Shown here: one piece after another, positions 45,413-52,895 of the stretch
How positions within the stretch are numbered: the stretch's first letter is position 1
Layout: each line of letters opens with the position of its first letter
Source: an uncultured Christensenellaceae bacterium
Lineage (GTDB): Bacteria; Bacillota; Clostridia; Christensenellales; SZUA-584
DNA length: 64,000 bases
Assembly (NCBI GenBank): GCA_964441275.1
Contig: CAYTUG010000005.1
Span: forward strand, 8,791 to 72,790
Direction of reading: 5' to 3'
Program-made: the position numbers and the translations under genes
Notes under the pieces: model-generated
What the model was told of the DNA's origin: nothing
The model's input: only the letters and a program-made list of their open reading frames with translations
Database searches by the model: none

Positions 45413-47281
45413 CTACTCCTTTTGAGTATTGTTGGAGTGTCCCTTCTCTTTCTTTCTTATAACTACAAAGGCCACCCCGCAGCCGATAGCAACTATCGCC
45501 AACCCGATAAGCACAACCCACATCCAGTTAAAACCATTCTTATTTTCGCCGTCCATTTCGCTAAAGGTAAGCCCGGATTCGTCTTCCGGCGCGATTATAT
45601 CATCGTCCGATACGGTTGCGCTGCCGTCCGGTGCTAAGATATCCTCGTCCGATGTAGCCGAAGGCGTTGGTGCTAAAGTGGGCGTCGGTACCGGCGTAGG
45701 CGTGGGTTTTTCCGCATTGACATTGATTCCGCTTATCGAAAAGAAACCTTTGTTCGAACCGTTTTTATAGTCGATTCCGGATTTGCTGCCACTTTTGCCC
45801 CATTTTGCAGCCGCGCCGGAATTGGCGGTCAGGCCGGTTGCCGAACCTTTTGTATATGCCGGAGTTCCGCCCGGGTTGTTCCACGCACAGACCACGGCTT
45901 TACCGCCAATTGCGGGCGAACCGCCGTCTATTTGGATAACATTACCCGCACCGGCAAGAGCTGTGCCATAGGCGAACACAAACCCGCCGCTCGCTTTGAG
46001 GGAACCCGCGCCGCTGATACTGATCGCAAACCCGCTCTTAGCGCAAACGGTACCGCCTTTTACATCCGCCGATTTCGCTTCAATGGCGTTTCCTTTTCCC
46101 GTGGCTTCCACTGTGCCGCCGGTTACATCCGCCGATAAAGTGCCGATAGTATATTTTGCCCCCGCAGCGCTCACCGTACCGCCGCTTATGGTTACAGTAT
46201 AAGCCTTGATGGCGCCTCCGTCTTTGGCGCTGACAGTGCCGCCTTTTACTTGTACATCCACATCGTTTCCCAAGATAGCGTCCCCCGCCCCCGTGTTTTT
46301 GACCCTACCTTTTCCGCTCAATCTGACGGTGGAAGTTTCGCCTCTTATATTGACGGTTCCGAGCGTGCCTTTGGACGCCGCCGTACCGCCGCTGATTTCA
46401 ACCTTGGTGCTCACACCGTCGCTGCAGACGGCATGATTATGCTCGGCTCCTATAGCCTTGATAGTACCTCCGCTTACGTTCACTGCAGTATTAGCGCTTG
46501 CGGCAGTAATATAGATTGCGCTGCCTATCAATGGCCCGTTGGATTCTATCGTTCCGCCGCTCACTTTGACAACAGAGCTTGCACCGGCAACACGGATAGC
46601 ATCTCTCATAGCTTTTACTTCGCCGCCGCTCACAGTGATAGAGACGTTCGCGCCGCCGCTGTAGATGGCATTCCCGCTTTCGCTGTTTGCCCCCACGTCC
46701 ACCAAACCGCCGCTGACCGTCATTTTAGAACCCGCACCCCCAAGGCTTATTGCTGTTGCGTTCATTCCCGTGGCGGTTACCTGTCCTCCGCTTACCGAAA
46801 CCTTAGCGTTTGCGGCTTTTGTCCTTATGGCAATTCCGTCTTTTGCCGTATTGTCCACCTTCCCGCCACTCACAATGATGGAGCAGCTGCTGATCGACGG
46901 ATTATAGATGGTGAACTTATCGCTGCTTGAGATGGCGCCGCCTTTCGCAACCTCAAAAACACCCTTGCCGCTCCCCGCCAAATTTACCAAACCATTCGCC
47001 GATCCTGTGAGTACGGCCTTCCATATTACCTTTACATCCGCATCAATACTAAGGCTCAGCGGTTCCGTTGCGTTGGCAACAGAGCCTGTAACGGTAACGG
47101 TTTTGCCGGATTGCACTGCGGACAGACTGCCGCTGCCGCCATGGCTATATTGGTGGTTAATTTGAAAAGTTAGAGCATCGGCATTCGCCGCGTGCGCCGT
47201 AAGCGGCATAGCTATAGGCAGAGCGAGAATCAGCGCCGCCGCCAGCAAAGCCGATATGATCTTTTTTGTTATGGTTTTCAT
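45413..47281 (-). CDS. Secreted parallel-beta-helix-type repeat protein, C-terminal TM anchor
   Basis: Signal peptide ...PLTAHA. About 15 tandem units of roughly 22-25 aa built on (V/I)SGG.V.A (VSGGQVTATG, VSGGLVDVG, VSGGEVKAM, VSGGTIESN, VSGGTIKAI, ISGGTAASK, VKGGTVSAK, ISGGTVSAA, VTGGTVEAT, VKGGTVCAK...), with GGAI-like elements. Then a PTPTPVPTPTLAPTPS linker, a TM helix and a basic tail. Confidence 0.85.
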   Translation of the reverse strand: MKTITKKIISALLAAALILALPIAMPLTAHAANADALTFQINHQYSHGGSGSLSAVQSGKTVTVTGSVANATEPLSLSIDADVKVIWKAVLTGSANGLVNLAGSGKGVFEVAKGGAISSSDKFTIYNPSISSCSIIVSGGKVDNTAKDGIAIRTKAANAKVSVSGGQVTATGMNATAISLGGAGSKMTVSGGLVDVGANSESGNAIYSGGANVSITVSGGEVKAMRDAIRVAGASSVVKVSGGTIESNGPLIGSAIYITAASANTAVNVSGGTIKAIGAEHNHAVCSDGVSTKVEISGGTAASKGTLGTVNIRGETSTVRLSGKGRVKNTGAGDAILGNDVDVQVKGGTVSAKDGGAIKAYTVTISGGTVSAAGAKYTIGTLSADVTGGTVEATGKGNAIEAKSADVKGGTVCAKSGFAISISGAGSLKASGGFVFAYGTALAGAGNVIQIDGGSPAIGGKAVVCAWNNPGGTPAYTKGSATGLTANSGAAAKWGKSGSKSGIDYKNGSNKGFFSISGINVNAEKPTPTPVPTPTLAPTPSATSDEDILAPDGSATVSDDDIIAPEDESGLTFSEMDGENKNGFNWMWVVLIGLAIVAIGCGVAFVVIRKKEKGHSNNTQKE

Positions 47282-47312
47282 GTTTTTTTCTCCTTATAAT
47301 AATAGAGTGCGA

Positions 47313-48746
47313 TCAGGGAAGATAAGTCCACTCAATCTTTACAATGCTGTCTCCTGAAACGATGACTTTCACAAATGTAATCCACGTTTCATTATTTTCT
47401 ATGGCAGGAATCATCTTATTTCTAAAAGAATCATAATTAACTTTAATAGGTTTAGCGGACATAATCTCGTCGGGCATATAATACACTGTCTTTTCCGTTG
47501 TAGTAAACCATCTGAGCTGCGGATTGACGTTGCGGACATATCCGTATTCTTCCACATCGTTTTGTGCATCCTCTTGTGAAATTCCCGGGTGATCCTGCAT
47601 ATACTTTTCTAATGCCTTTTTGCCGGTCAGCCAATCTACATAGTCAAAAGCAAGATCTGTCTGTCCGTCCATTCGCATACCCCAGTTTGTAATATAGGCA
47701 TATGAAATCTCCTTTTCTTGCGCGGGAGCCGCAGTGCTTGCCGGGGTTGGCGAGGGCGTGGCGGGCGGCGCAACGGATGCGGCGGGCTCTGCCGGAGGAT
47801 AAAGCGTTTCTGTTGGCTCGGCAGTAAGAACGGGCTTAGCCGTTATAAGAGGCGTTGGTTCCAACTGTGCGTTAGGTTCACTGCGAGGATGACTGCCGGT
47901 TGTAAGAATCACCGCTAACACAACCACAGCGCCAACAGCCGCAACCGCCGATGCCCCGGCTATTATTTTGGCTTTTAAAGATAGTTTTTTAAACATTGTC
48001 ATACCCTCCATTTTTTGAGTTTCTGCGGCGTATGGCACAGCGTCTGAAATAGAATCCATTATCGTGCGCAACGAAGCGTTAGCCGCGCTTTGGCCTATAG
48101 ACAAAGACTGCGCATGCGATTGCATCAATTTTCCAAACGGCAGCAGAGGAATTCCGGCAACACCGTAAAACTTCTCGCCGCTCTTGCGTTCCTGTTCTTC
48201 AATCTCTGAGCGGATAGCCTTTCGCGCAAGAAACAGCCGGGTTTTGACCGTGTTGACGCTGCACTCCATAACGTCAGAAATTTCATCCACGCTCAATTCA
48301 TTGAAATAATAGAGCGCGATTGCCTGACGCTGTACGTCGGAGAGACCATCAATAATCCTGCCGAGCCGCTCTTGCAAGTCCGCTCTTTCGGCATAGACAG
48401 CCGGCAACGATTCTTCGGATTCTTCAGCATCAAAATTTTCGATGTCTTGTTCGGCATCCAGCAATATTGCCATGTTTTTCTTTCTAAGCCGTGCTTTACA
48501 AACGTTTTTTGCGATAATCTGAATCCAAACCGAAAAAGCCGATGGCGCTTTAAGAGTATTGAGCTTCCCCCATGCAGTTATAAACGCTTCCTGCAGAACA
48601 TCCTCGGCGTCATTGGCGTTTTTTGTTATCATTCTTGCCAAAGCGTACACTTTTTCGTGGTAAATTGCGAAAAGCTCTTCAAAGCTTTTGATATCACCTT
48701 TCTGCGCTTCTATAACCAGCTGCGTTTGCTGCTCTGTCATACCCAT
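47313..48746 (-). CDS. ECF-type sigma-70 factor fused to a transmembrane segment and an extracytoplasmic domain
   Basis: Sigma-2: NDAEDVLQEAFITAWGKL...FSVWIQIIAKNV. Sigma-4: LSDVQRQAIALYYFNELSVDEISDVMECSVNTVKTRLFLARKAI. Then a TM helix (IIAGASAVAAVGAVVVLAVILTT), a Pro-rich linker and a C-terminal domain of about 150 aa. It ends 31 nt upstream of the beta-helix gene. Confidence 0.85.
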   Translation of the reverse strand: MGMTEQQTQLVIEAQKGDIKSFEELFAIYHEKVYALARMITKNANDAEDVLQEAFITAWGKLNTLKAPSAFSVWIQIIAKNVCKARLRKKNMAILLDAEQDIENFDAEESEESLPAVYAERADLQERLGRIIDGLSDVQRQAIALYYFNELSVDEISDVMECSVNTVKTRLFLARKAIRSEIEEQERKSGEKFYGVAGIPLLPFGKLMQSHAQSLSIGQSAANASLRTIMDSISDAVPYAAETQKMEGMTMFKKLSLKAKIIAGASAVAAVGAVVVLAVILTTGSHPRSEPNAQLEPTPLITAKPVLTAEPTETLYPPAEPAASVAPPATPSPTPASTAAPAQEKEISYAYITNWGMRMDGQTDLAFDYVDWLTGKKALEKYMQDHPGISQEDAQNDVEEYGYVRNVNPQLRWFTTTEKTVYYMPDEIMSAKPIKVNYDSFRNKMIPAIENNETWITFVKVIVSGDSIVKIEWTYLP

Positions 48747-49156
48747 AAGTTCGTTTCCCCTTTCATTACATAGATGCGAAAATGCACATTTAGGTTTTAC
48801 GCTTAAATACTATGATGACATATGAAAGCTGCTGTTCTCTAAAGAGGCAATGTTTAGCACTCTTAATTCATTCCCGTTCTATAAGAGGGTTTACTTAATC
48901 CCGGGATCTTGCGCAAAGATATCATGCTTTAGAGGCTATTATTTGTGGTGGCAAGTTTGTGAGCTTCTGCCTTATCTATTGTATATATAATATTTGTTGA
49001 ATAGTCAACTGCCTAAATATTGGTTGCACAAATGTAATATTTTCTATATTAGAAGTACAGCCCGGGCAATAATCTGATCAGTTTAGTTGTGTATCACATT
49101 TCGGAAATCATGATGCACCAATGTTAATGTACTGTTTTTTGATGCGCTTACACCTG
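48179..49156. repeat. Segmental duplication, copy A (5' third of the sigma gene plus about 410 nt of upstream region)
   Basis: Aligned by eye base-for-base with 50364-51159. Near-identical except for scattered substitutions, a 184-nt segment present only here (48449-48632) and two 1-nt indels. Confidence 0.85.
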
Positions 49157-49214
49157 CTCTACCTTAAATTGATTTCAGTCCTTCGCAACTTTAAAATCTA
49201 CATCATCCAATGCG

Positions 49215-49440
49215 GCAAAATGCTTTTTTCCATACTTTATCTTCAAGTCCTCTCAGCCGCACAAATCAAAGCGCCGCAAGGAGCCTTTCATCAATAGACT
49301 GGCAAAGGCGGATGGGCGATGTATCAAGCACTGGATGAACAACTATCCAAGAAGGATGTTTGGATACAGAACAGCAGACGAGGTGTTTGCGGCTTAAAAT
49401 GGACTGGGTTCTTATGGTGGGCAATTAAACTTGCAATTTA
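49215..49440 (+). mobile_element. IS30-family 3' end remnant (transposase C-terminus plus terminal repeat)
   Basis: ...RKEPFINRLAKADGRCIKHWMNNYPRRMFGYRTADEVFAA* (stop 49395-49397), then GGCAATTAAACTTGCAATTTA at 49420-49440. Confidence 0.6.
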
Positions 49441-49577
49441 TAAAACGTAGAGAACCAGTGCTATTCTCATTGTTTTGGACTTATTTATGTGGTAAAATAC
49501 ATATTAATTCTTTGCTTAACAACATTTGCTTGTTCTAATGAATAAGCAGTATTCTTCGTATATTATGGAGGTGAAAC

Positions 49578-50222
49578 ATGAAAATCAAATGTGCGTTTTT
49601 GTGTATAGCATTATCTGTGATTATTTTACTGTCAGGTTGTGCTAACAGCAAAAGTGATTTGTATGAACAGCAAGCAGGGTTGTCAAACTCGATAATAGGA
49701 ACAGATGATGGAGTGGACGAGTTTGTTTCTTTACAAAAGGGTTTTATGTCGGAATACGATACTGATGTTTGCTACAATATAACGCCTAAATATGTACTTG
49801 AAAATTCAGATTTTCTCATTTACAAGTATGAGAATTCCTGCGCAACATTTTTGTTGTATGATAATGAAATATTTCCTTTGGGTGGATGGTTTGGTGGTTT
49901 CGGTGTAACTGATATTAAATTAGCTGATGTCGATAATGATCGTAAAATGGAATTGTACTTTACGTTTTCTTGGGGTTCAGGCATCCATCGTTCACATGCA
50001 GCATATTTTAACCAAAAGTCAAAAGAAATTGTGATTTTTGATTATGTATACATGCATGGTGATATGATGATTATTTCTAATGGGCAAGGAGGGCTATCTC
50101 TATACAAAGCTACAATATCAAATATGGAAAGTTTCGTGAATTTTACAATAGAGGCAGACGAATACGTTTCTGATATTGTTTTTGAAAATAATAGCATAGT
50201 GTTATCGTCTCCTATACAATAG
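49578..50222 (+). CDS. Lipoprotein of unknown function
   Basis: MKIKCAFLCIALSVIILLSGC lipobox. GGAGG RBS. Contains a ...DVDNDRKMELYF... FG-GAP-like element. Confidence 0.7.
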   Translation: MKIKCAFLCIALSVIILLSGCANSKSDLYEQQAGLSNSIIGTDDGVDEFVSLQKGFMSEYDTDVCYNITPKYVLENSDFLIYKYENSCATFLLYDNEIFPLGGWFGGFGVTDIKLADVDNDRKMELYFTFSWGSGIHRSHAAYFNQKSKEIVIFDYVYMHGDMMIISNGQGGLSLYKATISNMESFVNFTIEADEYVSDIVFENNSIVLSSPIQ

Positions 50223-50295
50223 ATATATTGAATATAATTTTTGGGTGCTTTCTAAAAATATTTGGGGAGTAAACTCAAGTTATCCGTCAACTTTT

Positions 50296-50748
50296 TTACA
50301 ACTCCACATCACCTCTTTTCTGCTGTTGATTTTTTAGTTGCTCTTGCTTCAAAATACTGTAAACGCTCTTGCATTCCTGTTCTTCAATCTCTGTGCGGAT
50401 AGCCTTTCGCGCAAGGAACAGCCAGGTTTTGACTGTGTTGGCGCTGCACTCCATAACGTCAGAAATTTCATCCACGCTCAATTCATTGAAATAATAAAGC
50501 GCGATTGCCTGACGCTGTACATCGGAAAGACCATCAATAATCCTGCCGAGCCGCTCTTGCAAGTCCGTCCTTTCGGCATAGACAGCCGGCAACCGATTCT
50601 TCGGATTCTTCAGCATCAAAATTTTCGATGTCTTTCTTGCCAAAGCGTACACTTTTTCGTGGTAAATTGCGAGAAGCTCTTCAAAGCTTTTGATATCACC
50701 TTTCTGCGCTTCTATAACCAGCTGCGTTTGCTGCTCTGTCATACCCAT
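50296..50748 (-). CDS. Truncated paralogue of the ECF sigma fusion (N-terminal 38 aa plus sigma-4 only); possibly a pseudogene
   Basis: Identical start MGMTEQQTQLVIEAQKGDIKSFEEL.... It lacks the whole sigma-2 region because of the 184-nt deletion. A 14-codon out-of-frame stretch (KTSKILMLKNPKNR) ends at a +1 C insertion (about 50593) that restores the sigma-4 frame. A novel 25-aa tail follows the duplication boundary. Confidence 0.5.
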   Translation of the reverse strand: MGMTEQQTQLVIEAQKGDIKSFEELLAIYHEKVYALARKTSKILMLKNPKNRLPAVYAERTDLQERLGRIIDGLSDVQRQAIALYYFNELSVDEISDVMECSANTVKTWLFLARKAIRTEIEEQECKSVYSILKQEQLKNQQQKRGDVEL

Positions 50749-51159
50749 AAGTTCGTTTCCCCTTTCATTACATAGATGCGAAAATGCACATTTAGGTTTT
50801 ACGCTTAAATACTATGATGACATATGAAAGCTGCTGTTCTCTAAAGAGGCAATGTTTAGCACTCTTAATTCATTCCCGTTCTATAAGAGGGTTTACTTAA
50901 TCCCGGGATCTTGCGCAAAGATATCATGCTTTAGAGGCTATTATTTGTGGTGGCAAGTTTGTGAGCTTCTGCCTTATCTATTGTATATATAATATTTGTT
51001 GAATAGTCAACTGCCTAAATATTGGTTGCACAAATGTAATATTTTCTATATTAGAAATACAGCCCGGGCAATAATCTGATCAGTTCAGTTGTGTATCACA
51101 TTTCGGAAAGCATGATGCACCAATGTTAATGTACTGTTTTTTTGATGCACTTACATCTG
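50364..51159. repeat. Segmental duplication, copy B
   Basis: See copy A. The deletion junction lies at 50634|50635 (tctt|tctt). Confidence 0.85.
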
Positions 51160-51774
51160 GTGCCAGTGCTTCTCTAATTTGTTGTTTGATTCTCCCTTGT
51201 GTCGTCAATAGCGTCTGTGCTCTTGAGCGCTTTAAATTGTGGGGCTACAATACATATTGGGCACTGAACCACAAAAATAAAATATGCGGGTGCCGGCTAA
51301 TGGGACATTGTTAAGTTGGGAACAAAAACATACCGAAAGGAATATGTTGAAAAGCGCGACACCTATTCTTTTGCCGTGTTACTTAAACATGTGGTGAGAT
51401 TCTTCAGATTCCCCGCAGGATGCGTGCAGACCGGCAACAGTTTTGGGTTCGCCGCTATATGGTGCCTAAACGCAATTTGCCCACTCTCTTTGAGCACTAA
51501 GTCATGTGGGTAGGCATCCGGCATAAGCTCATCCGCCCCTGCACGCCACAACGGCAAGATCGAGCGCAGTCACAGAAAAAATCAGTAGCGGTTTTACCCA
51601 AAGACAGCCTTCCATTCTTTTCTCTGACTTTAAGCACCAGCCTAAAGCTTTCCGATACCACTCAAACAATATACCCGCTCGTTTGCGCACGCAAGCCGGC
51701 TACCTCAAACACAAACAGGTTTAATAACCTACACAACGGGTTTAGCGTGCCGTTGTCTTATAATACCATTTTGG

Positions 51775-52866
51775 CTATTGAGACAAAATATCTGCAATTC
51801 TTTTTGATGCAAACCCGTCTCCGTAAGGGTTTGCCGCAACGCTCATAGATTCATAGGCTTGATTATCCGTCAACAGCCTTTTGAATTCGTTGTAGATATT
51901 TTGCCTGTCCGTTCCGACTAACTTTAACGTTCCCGCCAATATTCCTTCAGGCCTTTCTGTAGTGTCGCGCAGCACCAAAACGGGCTTACCTAAAGACGGC
52001 GCCTCTTCCTGTATGCCTCCGCTGTCCGTCAGCACAATATGTGCGCGCGCAATAAAATTGTGAAAGTCGATCACGCTCAGCGGTTTTATTATGCGAATCC
52101 TGTCCGCTCCCGCCAACACTTTATTTACCGCATCATTGATTGCAGGGTTTAAATGCACCGGATATATAACTTTCAGATCATCAAACTCCTCAACCGCATC
52201 CCTTATAGCCCAAAATATATTTTCCATGGGTTGTCCTATGTTTTCCCGTCTGTGAGCGGTTAAGAGAATTAACCTGCTCCCCTTAGCCCAATCAAGAAGC
52301 GGATGGCTGTACTCTTTCTTTACCGTTGTTTTTAGCGCGTCAATGGCTGTGTTGCCCGTAACATATATGTCTTTTTCGTTTTTCTTTTCTTCGATAAGGT
52401 TTTGTTTCGCCCGTTGCGTAGGCGCAAAATGATATTTCGTAACTATGCCTACCGCCTGCCTGTTAAATTCTTCGGGGTAAGGCGAAAAGATATTATGGGT
52501 TCTAAGCCCGGCCTCGACATGCCCCACGGGTATCTGCAGATAAAAGCAAGCAAGCGCGCTTAAAAATGTTGTTGACGTATCACCATGCACCAGCACAACA
52601 TCGGGTTTAGCTTCCGCCAATACCGGCTGTATCCTTTTAAGCACTTTTGTAGCAATATCAAAAAGCGTTTGATTATGCTCCATCGTCCTCAAATCGTAAT
52701 CTGGAACAACATCAAAAACGTTAAGAACCTGGTCAAGCATCTCTCTGTGCTGGCCTGTCACACACACAACCGTGTTTATAGCTTTTCTTCTTTTTAGCTC
52801 GCTCACCAACGGACACATTTTTATTGCTTCGGGTCTTGTTCCGAAAATTAACATTATCGTCTTCAC
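51775..52866 (-). CDS. wecB: UDP-N-acetylglucosamine 2-epimerase (non-hydrolysing)
   Basis: MLIFGTRPEAIKM..., ...VHGDTSTT..., ...HVEAGLRT..., ...DSGGIQEEAPSLGKPVLVLRDTTERPEG are canonical WecB/MnaA motifs. Confidence 0.9.
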   Translation of the reverse strand: MKTIMLIFGTRPEAIKMCPLVSELKRRKAINTVVCVTGQHREMLDQVLNVFDVVPDYDLRTMEHNQTLFDIATKVLKRIQPVLAEAKPDVVLVHGDTSTTFLSALACFYLQIPVGHVEAGLRTHNIFSPYPEEFNRQAVGIVTKYHFAPTQRAKQNLIEEKKNEKDIYVTGNTAIDALKTTVKKEYSHPLLDWAKGSRLILLTAHRRENIGQPMENIFWAIRDAVEEFDDLKVIYPVHLNPAINDAVNKVLAGADRIRIIKPLSVIDFHNFIARAHIVLTDSGGIQEEAPSLGKPVLVLRDTTERPEGILAGTLKLVGTDRQNIYNEFKRLLTDNQAYESMSVAANPYGDGFASKRIADILSQ

Positions 52867-52895
52867 TTTTTGCCTGCTTTCAGTCGTCTTACCTG

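Noticed and set aside
45429-47165. Numerous plus-strand ORFs (45429..45770, 45996..46202, 46206..46436, 46250..46930, 46665..46907, 46908..47165 and others).
   Set aside because: They are antisense to the beta-helix repeat gene. The Gly/Ala/Ser/Thr/Val codon bias and higher GC keep several wrong frames open. The minus-strand protein has a signal peptide, regular repeats and a TM anchor.
48372-48773. ORFs 48372..48773 and 50338..50775 on the plus strand.
   Set aside because: They are antisense shadows of the two sigma-gene copies. They are duplicated only because the underlying DNA is duplicated.
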